Assembly (NCBI GenBank): GCA_016932965.1
Contig: JAFGBW010000039.1
Location: 2,140 to 66,139 of the forward strand
Direction: 5' to 3'
Source of the DNA: Candidatus Auribacterota bacterium
Lineage (GTDB): Bacteria > Auribacterota > JAFGBW01
Length of the DNA: 64,000 nt
Made by a program: the position numbers and the translations under genes
The notes under the pieces: model-generated
The model's database searches: none
Seen by the model: the letters and a program-made list of their open reading frames with translations, nothing else
What the model was told of the DNA's origin: nothing
Shown here: piece by piece, positions 29,714-37,135 of the stretch
How the letters are laid out: every line of letters starts with the position of its first letter
Position numbering within the stretch: the first letter of the stretch is position 1

Positions 29714-30621
29714 CGGATTTTCTTTCGTTTGGCTAGATAGGAGGATAGAACGTATTCAAAAGGAACAAGGGTGTTCACAGGGATGTAATCTGTGTTCATT
29801 TTAGAAAAACCTGCCTGATAGTGTATTTTGAACTTTTCAATCGCCCGTAGATAGTCCATGCGCAGGGCAATGGGATCCACCGTTATTTTTTGGTGGGTTT
29901 CCATATCCACAAACGTGCTCATCTGTTTATATGGGAAAATCCATTCGGCATTATCCAGAACATGAAATACCATTATCTCGTGTTTTCGGAAGCGGAATTG
30001 TCCCACGGATCGCAACACCGTTTCAGGGTCGTCCAAAAGATCGGAGATGAGGATCAGGAGGGATCTTTTCTGAATCCGTTCAGCCAGATCTTGCAGCACG
30101 GCCGAGGTGTGGGTTTTGCCTTCAGCCTGGATGGAAGAGAGGTTGTTGATCATTCTGGCCATGTGGTCAGGATGATGTCTGGGAGGAAGTATTCGGGTGA
30201 TCTTGTTATTATAGGTCACCAGGCCCACCTGATCCTGCTGTTTGTTGATGAGATAGGCAAGGGCGGCGCAAAGATAGGTCCCATAGGTCAGTTTGGTCAG
30301 GCCAAATCCTCCTGAAAAATTCATGGATTCGCTGGTATCCAAAAGCAGGTAAACCCGCATATTGGTTTCGGCTTCATATAGTTTGACAAAATATTTTTCT
30401 GTCCTCCCGTATACTTTCCAGTCCAGGTGTTTGATTTCATCCCCATGTGTGTATTTGCGATGTTCGGCAAATTCCAGACTGAATCCCTTATATGGCGATT
30501 TATGATGCCCCGCCACCAGTCCCTCAACAATGCCCCTTGCCACAAGGGAAAGGTCCTTGATTTTAATGATTTCTTCGGGTTTTAAAAACCCTTGTCGTCT
30601 CTGTGTTTTTGTTTGCGGCAT
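29710..30621 (-). CDS. DUF58 family protein (MoxR/VWA-associated)
   Basis: GLVAGHHKSPYKGFSLEFAEHRKYTHGDEIKHLDWKVYGRTEKYFVKLYEAE matches the DUF58 core. It overlaps the downstream VWA gene by 4 bp. Confidence 0.7.
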   Translation of the reverse strand: MPQTKTQRRQGFLKPEEIIKIKDLSLVARGIVEGLVAGHHKSPYKGFSLEFAEHRKYTHGDEIKHLDWKVYGRTEKYFVKLYEAETNMRVYLLLDTSESMNFSGGFGLTKLTYGTYLCAALAYLINKQQDQVGLVTYNNKITRILPPRHHPDHMARMINNLSSIQAEGKTHTSAVLQDLAERIQKRSLLILISDLLDDPETVLRSVGQFRFRKHEIMVFHVLDNAEWIFPYKQMSTFVDMETHQKITVDPIALRMDYLRAIEKFKIHYQAGFSKMNTDYIPVNTLVPFEYVLSSYLAKRKKIR

Positions 30622-30720
30622 CGTTTTTATTCAAAAGAATTGAGGATCGAGTAAAGAGAATGGAGTATGATGAATGAAGACTTTGTGATTCCTGAAAAAA
30701 ATATTTTTTTCTTTATTTTG

Positions 30721-30758
30721 TTCTCAATTTTCAATTTTCAATTCTCAATTCTTAATTC
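30721..30758. repeat. Tandem heptamer array TTCTCAAT-TTTCAAT-TTTCAAT-TCTCAAT-TCTTAAT (TYTYAAT x5)
   Basis: Read directly. The same heptamer family recurs at 37935-37945 (inverted), 43988-44009, 52425-52455 (inverted), 52524-52540 and 58561-58580. Confidence 0.7.
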
Positions 30759-31236
30759 TGGTATTATTCCTTGGTTTTTTTCGCCCTTTGACTGCATCCA
30801 TCATCTGGATGACCTGTTCAGGGAAAGAGGCTGAAAGTAAGGCGGTTCGTAATGTTTTCCGGCTTAGTATCTTGGAAATGGTGGAAAGAATATCCAGATA
30901 TTCATTGGCGGAACAAACAGGGCCGATCACCAGGAAAACAAAATAGACCAGACCTCCGTCTGATGATTCCCATTCAATTCCCTCTTTGAACCGGGCAAAG
31001 AGAATGCCTGTTTTGTTTACGGCATCTGTCCTTCCATGCGGGACAGCGAGGCCGTCACCCAATCCTGTAGAGGTTTTCATTTCTCTGGTTAGAACAGTAT
31101 TGATAACCAGATCACCGATGTTCTCGGGAAGAGAACGGCAATAATGCCGTGTGAGGCATTCGAGCACTTCCCATTTCGTGCCTTTTCGTGACTCCAGAAG
31201 GATTCCCTGATCAATGAGATATTCACTTAACTTCAT
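30745..31236 (-). CDS. ptsN: PTS EIIA(Ntr)-type nitrogen regulatory protein PtsN-like
   Basis: EIIA-2 domain with GLAVPHGRTD phospho-His motif, about 160 aa. The ORF track extends to 31278; start chosen at MKLSEYL. Confidence 0.65.
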   Translation of the reverse strand: MKLSEYLIDQGILLESRKGTKWEVLECLTRHYCRSLPENIGDLVINTVLTREMKTSTGLGDGLAVPHGRTDAVNKTGILFARFKEGIEWESSDGGLVYFVFLVIGPVCSANEYLDILSTISKILSRKTLRTALLSASFPEQVIQMMDAVKGRKKPRNNTRIKN

Positions 31237-31454
31237 TTTTTTTCCATAAGTCGTTATGTGAAGGACAATCCCCCTCATCTAATAAAGAATATAAGGATGT
31301 CTATCAGAGATTAAATGATTTTAGAGAAGATGGTCAATCTAGAAGTAGCTTAAACCATCTCCTTTTCATCACAAAGGAGTTGACGCGTGGAAGCAGCAAC
31401 TATCTATCATTTACTAAAATAGGTAGATCACCGTTAAAGTTTTTTGAGTTGTGC

Positions 31455-31512
31455 AATTTGACAGATACATGAGTATCAAAAATTAGTATTTCACCACGGA
31501 GAACACGGAGGG
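31455..31512. repeat. Intergenic repeat family 1, copy A (TTTGACAGATAC-N30-TTCACCACGGAGAACACGGAGGG)
   Basis: Aligns with 36765-36822 (copy B1): identical TTTGACAGATAC, and 21/23 identical in the CACCACG[A/G]AGAACACG[A/G]AGGG block. The -35-like TTGACA is at 31458-31463. Confidence 0.65.
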
Positions 31513-31616
31513 AATTAGAATAAAATTGAATTGAAAGTTTTGAGTGATGAATTGGAATGTGGAATGTCATCCTTTGAAAGATCTGTGCTTCCTGCTGTTT
31601 GTTGAAAAAATGGGAA

Positions 31617-32021
31617 TTAACGTTTGGAGAACTGGAAGCGTTTTCTGGCTCCGGCCTGACCGTATTTTTTTCTTTCCTTCATTCGCTGATCCCGGCTCAG
31701 CAAAGAAGCTGATTTCAAGGGAGTCCTCATTTTTTCATCGAATTTACATATGGCTCTTGAAATCCCAAGTCTCAAGGCTTCAGCTTGACCGGATTTTCCG
31801 CCACCGGAAAGAGTGACATTAAAATCAAAACGTTTTTCAGATTTGGAGATGGTCAAGGGAAAAGAAATGACTTTTTTGAGTGATAAGCTCGGAAAATAGG
31901 TCTCCAGGGAAACACCATTGATGTTGAATTTTCCTGAACCAAGCGTCATCCTGACTCTTGCGCTAGCCTTTTTTCTTCGGCCGATGGTCACTACTTCGTT
32001 ATTGGATTTAGACTCTCCCAC
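31617..32021 (-). CDS. rpsI: 30S ribosomal protein S9
   Basis: GRRKKASARVRM...KKYGQAGARKRFQFSKR matches the S9 N- and C-terminal signatures. Confidence 0.9.
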   Translation of the reverse strand: MGESKSNNEVVTIGRRKKASARVRMTLGSGKFNINGVSLETYFPSLSLKKVISFPLTISKSEKRFDFNVTLSGGGKSGQAEALRLGISRAICKFDEKMRTPLKSASLLSRDQRMKERKKYGQAGARKRFQFSKR

Positions 32022-32046
32022 GTTTTGCCTCCGCTATTGGTTTACT

Positions 32047-32475
32047 TTAATGTGTTGCCTTTTTTGGCTGCTGCGCCTGATGAGGATGCGCTTCCCCTTC
32101 ATATGCCCGCAAACGGCTGAACATTCTTTTGCCGATTTTAGTCTTGGGCAACATCCTTTGTACCGCATGTTCCAGAATTCGTCCCGGGTGCTTTTCCAGC
32201 ATTTGTTCGTATGTAACTTTTTTTAGACCCCCAATATAACCAGAATGATGGTGGTACGTTTTCGTTTCCTTTTTATGACCGGTTATCCTGACCTTTTTGC
32301 AATTCAAGACAATCACGTGATCCCCTCCGTCAACATGCGGAGTATACTGAACCTTATTTTTTCCGATCAGAAGTCTTGCCACTTTGCAGGCAAGCCTCCC
32401 CATGACCTGGTCTGTCGCATCAAGGAAATGCCATTTCCGTATGATTTCTTCTTTTTTCAATTCATATGTTTTCAT
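32047..32475 (-). CDS. rplM: 50S ribosomal protein L13
   Basis: MKTYELKKEEIIRKWHFLDATDQVMGRLACKVARLL is the L13 N-terminus. Conserved rplM-rpsI order. Confidence 0.9.
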   Translation of the reverse strand: MKTYELKKEEIIRKWHFLDATDQVMGRLACKVARLLIGKNKVQYTPHVDGGDHVIVLNCKKVRITGHKKETKTYHHHSGYIGGLKKVTYEQMLEKHPGRILEHAVQRMLPKTKIGKRMFSRLRAYEGEAHPHQAQQPKKATH

Positions 32476-32656
32476 TGCATGATCTCCAAAAACAAAAAGA
32501 GGAAACCTTTTATCTTATCCTCGGTATCTAGTCAACAGGAAAATTCTGTATCTATTATCGTCGGAAAAAGGCTTCAGATTTCCGAATGATTTATCCATGG
32601 CGGATGAACAAGAGACGCTGGATTTCGCGCCCCGTTTTCAGGCCTTATCCAAGTTC

Positions 32657-33526
32657 TCAGGAGCTGGAAGAGTGTTTGAAATTTCTTCGTTCTTCTGAAA
32701 CACGCGATAAAAAGCGCTGGATCGCCGCAGGATTTTTCCCGGAAAGCAATTGCCGGAAGACTCGGAACTGTTTTTCAAAAACAGCCGTGGTTTTGAGGAT
32801 TTCCCGGCGGTTTTCCTGGAAAATGCCTGTCCATAGTTCGGCGGAGCTGGCCGCGATTCGCGTCATGTCTTTGAAAGAGCCTGCGGCGATATTCAGGAGA
32901 TCCGGCAGCCGGTTTTTTTGTTTTAAAAGGGAGTCCATGAGAACAAAAGACACGACGTGCGGGAGATGTGAGATCCATGCGACGGAAGTGTCGTGTCCTT
33001 CAGGAGTCATGATGAAGACCTTGGCCCCGAGTTGTTTCCAGAATTTTTCAGCCCTTGGCAATGCCCAATCCGGGGTGTTTTTTTCCGGGGTCAGGATACA
33101 CGGGGCCCCCCGATAAAGACCTGGTACAAAATTATTAAAACCAAATTTTTCCGTTCCTGTCATAGGATGGCAACCCAGGAAACCCGCCTGCTTTCCCACA
33201 ATGCGGCTGCATGCCGAAACCACGGGTTTTTTGACACTCCCCACGTCCATGACCAGTGACCGGGACGAGAGGAAAGGCAGGATTTTTTTTAACAGTTGAG
33301 GGATGAGACTGACCGGAGTGCACAGGATCACGATTTCCGCGTCTTTTACAGCCTTCTCAATGCAACGGGTGGCAACATGCGCCAGTTTCAACCGGATCAA
33401 ATCGGGTATGACTTCCTCCCGTCTCACCAGGCCGCAGACTTCTTTTGCCAGTTTATAACGGATGAGGGTGTGCCCCAGGGAGGCCCCCATGACGCCCATG
33501 CCGCATATCGTAACTTTATTGAACAT
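32657..33526 (-). CDS. tyrA: Prephenate/arogenate dehydrogenase
   Basis: VTICGMGVMGASLGHTL is a Rossmann GxGxxG. PDH-like C-terminal dimerisation region. Start taken at MFNKV. Confidence 0.75.
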   Translation of the reverse strand: MFNKVTICGMGVMGASLGHTLIRYKLAKEVCGLVRREEVIPDLIRLKLAHVATRCIEKAVKDAEIVILCTPVSLIPQLLKKILPFLSSRSLVMDVGSVKKPVVSACSRIVGKQAGFLGCHPMTGTEKFGFNNFVPGLYRGAPCILTPEKNTPDWALPRAEKFWKQLGAKVFIMTPEGHDTSVAWISHLPHVVSFVLMDSLLKQKNRLPDLLNIAAGSFKDMTRIAASSAELWTGIFQENRREILKTTAVFEKQFRVFRQLLSGKNPAAIQRFLSRVSEERRNFKHSSSS

Positions 33527-33652
33527 TTTGATTTTTTCTTTTAGATTTGATTTTTGCATGAAAAATGGTCAATTGGCGATAGAAATTTTTAACTTTTATT
33601 TTTTAGCATAATGTCTTAAATATGTCCGGAACAAAATAGATAGGGAAGACGC

Positions 33653-34684
33653 ATGATCATAGGTTTGACAGGCCGTAACGGTTCAGGAAAAAGTACGGTG
33701 GCTGAATTTTTGATTCATCGGGGTTTTCAATATTATTCATTATCGGATATCATCAGGGAAATCCTTTCAAAAGAAGGAAAGGAATTTTCCCGGGAGAATC
33801 TGATTGAAACCGGTAACAGTCTTCGTTCCACCATGGGGGCGGCCGTTCTTGCGGAGAAGACGGTTGAAAAACTGATGCCGGATCGAAATTATGTCATTGA
33901 TTCCATCCGGAATCCGTCAGAAGTGGAGCGGCTGAGAAAGGTAAAAGGTTTTAAACTCATCAGGGTGGAAGCTCCCACCCGGGTACGGTTTGAACGCTGT
34001 AAATCACGCAACCGAGAGAAGGCGGATCAAGATCTGGACTCTTTCAAAAAGCTCGAGAAGAAGGAGCTGAAAAGTCCTGATCCTGTTTCCCAGCAGCTGG
34101 AGAAGACCGGAAAAATGGCGGATTATATCCTGAGAAACAGCGGTTCGCTGGAGACTCTTCATGAGCAGGTAATCGAAATCTTGAAAGAGGTGACAAAAAA
34201 AATTTTCAGGCCGGGCTGGGACGAGTATTTCATGAATATCGCGAGAGTGGTGGCCCAGCGTTCCAATTGTGTGAAAAGGCATGTGGCTGCGGTCATCGTT
34301 CGTGATAACCGGATCATATCTACGGGCTACAACGGCACTCCCAGAGGGATCAAAAACTGCAATGAGGGAGGATGTCCCCGGTGCAACAGTTTCGGGGTAT
34401 CGGGGGAAAATCTGGGAGAATGCCTCTGTTCCCATGCGGAGGAAAATGCCATCACACAGGCAGCTTATCATGGGGTGTCCATCAGGGATGCAACATTATA
34501 TACTACCTTTTCACCCTGTCTCATATGCACTAAAATGATCATCAATTCCGGTATTCGGGAAGTGGTCTATGACTCCCGTTATTCCTTGAATGCCCTGGAG
34601 CTTCAGCTTTTGAAAGAAGCGGGGATATCCGTCAGAGCGCTCAGAGAGCATCGGGATTTCCCCGATCCGTCTGCCGGCAGATGA
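33653..34684 (+). CDS. Fusion protein: N-terminal P-loop nucleotide-kinase-like domain + C-terminal dCMP/dCTP deaminase (zinc) domain (AvcD/DcdV-like architecture)
   Basis: Walker A GLTGRNGSGKST (nt ~33662-33697). Walker B-like NYVIDSIRN. Deaminase zinc motifs CSHAEENAI -X24- PCLICTKMI (nt ~34420-34540), matching the (H/C)AE-X24-36-PC-X2-C dCMP deaminase signature. Confidence 0.7.
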   Translation: MIIGLTGRNGSGKSTVAEFLIHRGFQYYSLSDIIREILSKEGKEFSRENLIETGNSLRSTMGAAVLAEKTVEKLMPDRNYVIDSIRNPSEVERLRKVKGFKLIRVEAPTRVRFERCKSRNREKADQDLDSFKKLEKKELKSPDPVSQQLEKTGKMADYILRNSGSLETLHEQVIEILKEVTKKIFRPGWDEYFMNIARVVAQRSNCVKRHVAAVIVRDNRIISTGYNGTPRGIKNCNEGGCPRCNSFGVSGENLGECLCSHAEENAITQAAYHGVSIRDATLYTTFSPCLICTKMIINSGIREVVYDSRYSLNALELQLLKEAGISVRALREHRDFPDPSAGR

Positions 34685-34687
34685 ACG

Positions 34688-36733
34688 ATGATGAATCCTG
34701 ATTCTTTTGTTTCATTGATTGAAAAAGGGGAAATCTTCATACAGGATGGTTTCCTGCAGGAATTTCTTTCGTTGACCAGGGAACATCAGGTCTTATTTTT
34801 AAGGGAATTGATTCGTATTTCGGAACGAGACATCATCCCGGGCAGTTTCAGGACCTACGATTTGAGGATTGAAGCAGCCCGTCTTCCCAATCATGTCGTT
34901 TTTTATCTGGGGTTAAAAGCAGGGCCGATATTTAGAGAGATGACTCTGGGTCCGGACGGAAGATCGCTCATGATCGGAGTAGGCAGAGCGTTTGAAAAGG
35001 CCAGGCCTGGAAGTCATCGGATTCAACGCTGCTATATGAACGCATTGGCCCTGACCGGAGCCCGGGTCGTGGACCTGGGGGTCACAACCACCCCGGATAT
35101 TTATTTCGGACTCGCGTACCTGCTTCATCAGGGGCTCCACGTGGCGGTCAACGTGTCGGCCAGCCATAATCCGAAAAAAGACACCGGACTGAAACATTGT
35201 ATCCGGGACAGGGAAGGGTTCATTTACTCCATTTCCTCTGATCAGATGTCCCGGCTCAAAAATCATGTTCTGCCCGGGAAAAAAGAAAAAATACAGAGTG
35301 ATGCCTTTCTTTTAGACACGGATTTTCATTCGCTGGAAGTTTTTTCCGTTGATCATCAGATGCTTCCTGATGAAAATACCCTGAGCCGGTTTCATCATGC
35401 TTTCATTGTCGCCTTCGGACTCCTGGGGAAAAAAGCCATGAATGAAATGACCGTCCGTTATCAGGGTGATTTTTACCGGGTTCTTTCTTCACTGATTCCC
35501 CCGGAAAAACCGGATCAGTTGATCCCCGGATTGTTGAAATGGTTTGAAAAGCCGTCCGGGGAAATTCGGAAATGGCTGGAGTTGTCTCCGGATGTTTCTT
35601 TTCCCGGTGCCTGCGGGGAGAAGCCGTTGAAGGACATGGTTGTGGTTTTAGATCACGGCAGGGGGACGGCTTTCAGAACCATGGAAATTTATTCTGTGCT
35701 GGGCGCCCATGTCATCTGCGTGGATGAGGAAAGGGGGTATAATCCGTTGGAGTCGGGAAACCAGATGCACTGGAGAAAAGCGGTTCTGAAAGCTGCCGGA
35801 GATTTTCCCGGCAGGGAAGTCATCGGCCTGGCCCATGATGAAGATGGAGACCGTCTCGCGGTCATGCGTTCTGACGGGATCAACGTGGAAGGAGACCGGC
35901 TGCTCGTCATTTCCTGCAGGCAGATGGAACCCTCGGAAAAAAAACCGATTGTGATCACAGAAGTCAAATCGAGACCCGAGACAAGGAAGGCCCTGGAGGA
36001 TTCCGGCGTCGTTCCTGTGATTGCACCGACAGGGTTCGCCTTCATCAAAGAGACGGCCATTATACTGGAGAAGAAATTCAGGGAATTCCATGCCTGTTCG
36101 GAAAGCCCGGCGATCCTGAGACTTCACGGAAAGGAAATCAACCTGACAACAAACCTGCCTGTGCAGATGTGGGCGGAACTCAGCGGGCATTTCGGATTGA
36201 GCCAGGGATTGTCCTGGTTTTTTGATGATGCAACCCTCATGGCTGTGGATCTGCTTTTGGGTCTTGAAAAAAAAATTCAATCCGGAACCAGGCCCGGACG
36301 GGCGCTCATTTCTCTGGATGAAAGTTTTCCAAGGCATCCGAGTTCAGGTGAATTGAATATATTTCTCCGGACAACAGATCCGGAGTATGTTCCGACTTCC
36401 GAAGAAAAAGAGGCGTTTGTAGCCTTGTTTGCAGAACTTTTTTCCGCTGATCCGGCAGTGGATCATCTTGATCGTACGGATGGGGTTCAGATTTTTTTTA
36501 AAGACAGTCAGGGGGAATACGGCGGATGGATTCTGATTAGAAAATCCAACAATGAGGACAAGCTGGTTGTGGTGTCGTCAGCCCCCACAAAAGAACAACT
36601 GCATCATGTGGAACAATGCTTTCTGGAAAAAGCGCGTGCTCTTTCTCTTTCTCCTATTTCCGGGCTTGTGCTGACCCAAGAAGAAGAACAGGGAACAACC
36701 CGGAAAGCGGAACCGTATTTTTTGAATCGCTAA
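34688..36733 (+). CDS. alpha-D-phosphohexomutase superfamily protein (PGM/PMM-like, divergent, ~90-aa N-terminal extension)
   Basis: Active-site loop VNVSASHNPKKDTGLK (TASHNP-type phosphoserine), GVTTTPDIYF, Mg loop LAHDEDGDRLAV (DxDxDR). The start codon is 4 bp after the stop of the kinase-deaminase gene. Confidence 0.65.
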   Translation: MMNPDSFVSLIEKGEIFIQDGFLQEFLSLTREHQVLFLRELIRISERDIIPGSFRTYDLRIEAARLPNHVVFYLGLKAGPIFREMTLGPDGRSLMIGVGRAFEKARPGSHRIQRCYMNALALTGARVVDLGVTTTPDIYFGLAYLLHQGLHVAVNVSASHNPKKDTGLKHCIRDREGFIYSISSDQMSRLKNHVLPGKKEKIQSDAFLLDTDFHSLEVFSVDHQMLPDENTLSRFHHAFIVAFGLLGKKAMNEMTVRYQGDFYRVLSSLIPPEKPDQLIPGLLKWFEKPSGEIRKWLELSPDVSFPGACGEKPLKDMVVVLDHGRGTAFRTMEIYSVLGAHVICVDEERGYNPLESGNQMHWRKAVLKAAGDFPGREVIGLAHDEDGDRLAVMRSDGINVEGDRLLVISCRQMEPSEKKPIVITEVKSRPETRKALEDSGVVPVIAPTGFAFIKETAIILEKKFREFHACSESPAILRLHGKEINLTTNLPVQMWAELSGHFGLSQGLSWFFDDATLMAVDLLLGLEKKIQSGTRPGRALISLDESFPRHPSSGELNIFLRTTDPEYVPTSEEKEAFVALFAELFSADPAVDHLDRTDGVQIFFKDSQGEYGGWILIRKSNNEDKLVVVSSAPTKEQLHHVEQCFLEKARALSLSPISGLVLTQEEEQGTTRKAEPYFLNR

Positions 36734-36764
36734 TCTTCGGTCACCACAGGTTTTGGACTCTTAA

Positions 36765-36934
36765 AGTTTGACAGATACGGAAGCATCTTAAAAATAATTA
36801 TCACCACGAAGAACACGAGGGGTAAAAAGAGTTATGAGTGTTGAGTTTTTTTAAGTTTTGAGTTTAAATAAAATTATATTAGTAAACTCATTACTAAAAA
36901 TTTTTTCAAATGTACTTCGTGTTCTTCGTGGTGA
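36765..36934. repeat. Intergenic repeat family 1, copy B: TTTGACAGATAC + 18-bp perfect inverted repeat arms TCACCACGAAGAACACGA (36801-36818) / TCGTGTTCTTCGTGGTGA (36917-36934) with 98-bp AT-rich spacer
   Basis: Read directly. The arms are exact reverse complements. The left half aligns to copy A at 31455-31512. MITE-like or structured-RNA-like. Confidence 0.7.
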
Positions 36935-37048
36935 AATAAAAATATTTAAATATAAAATAAATATGAATGTTATACCATATTCAGTGGCTCATATAAAGAG
37001 GCTATGAGCTGATAATAATTATAAGCTACATAAAAATAATTAAAGAAA

Positions 37049-37081
37049 TTGTTTGACAGAGGAACTATCATATAATATAAT
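37049..37081 (+). promoter_or_regulatory. Near-consensus sigma70-type promoter: TTGACA (37053-37058) -17- TATAAC, with a perfect TATAAT overlapping at 37071-37076
   Basis: Read directly. It lies about 55 bp upstream of the GGAGGA ribosome-binding site and ATG of the twin-HTH gene. A third TTTGACAGA occurrence (also at 31458 and 36768). Confidence 0.55.
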
Positions 37082-37135
37082 CTATTTCTAACATAATGAA
37101 ATGAGTTTTTTGCAATAAGAGATTTGGAGGAAACA

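Noticed and set aside
30721-30758. Could the tandem heptamer arrays be a CRISPR array or a VNTR tied to a contingency gene?
   Set aside because: The units are only 7 bp with no spacers, so this is not a CRISPR array. The arrays are intergenic rather than in a reading frame or between -35 and -10 elements of an obvious phase-variable gene. They are reported only as a repeat family.
31544-31816. A 90-aa plus-strand ORF overlaps the end of rpsI. In principle repeat copy A could drive it.
   Set aside because: It is almost entirely antisense to the conserved S9 C-terminus and has no ribosome-binding site. It is more likely a non-coding region than a gene.
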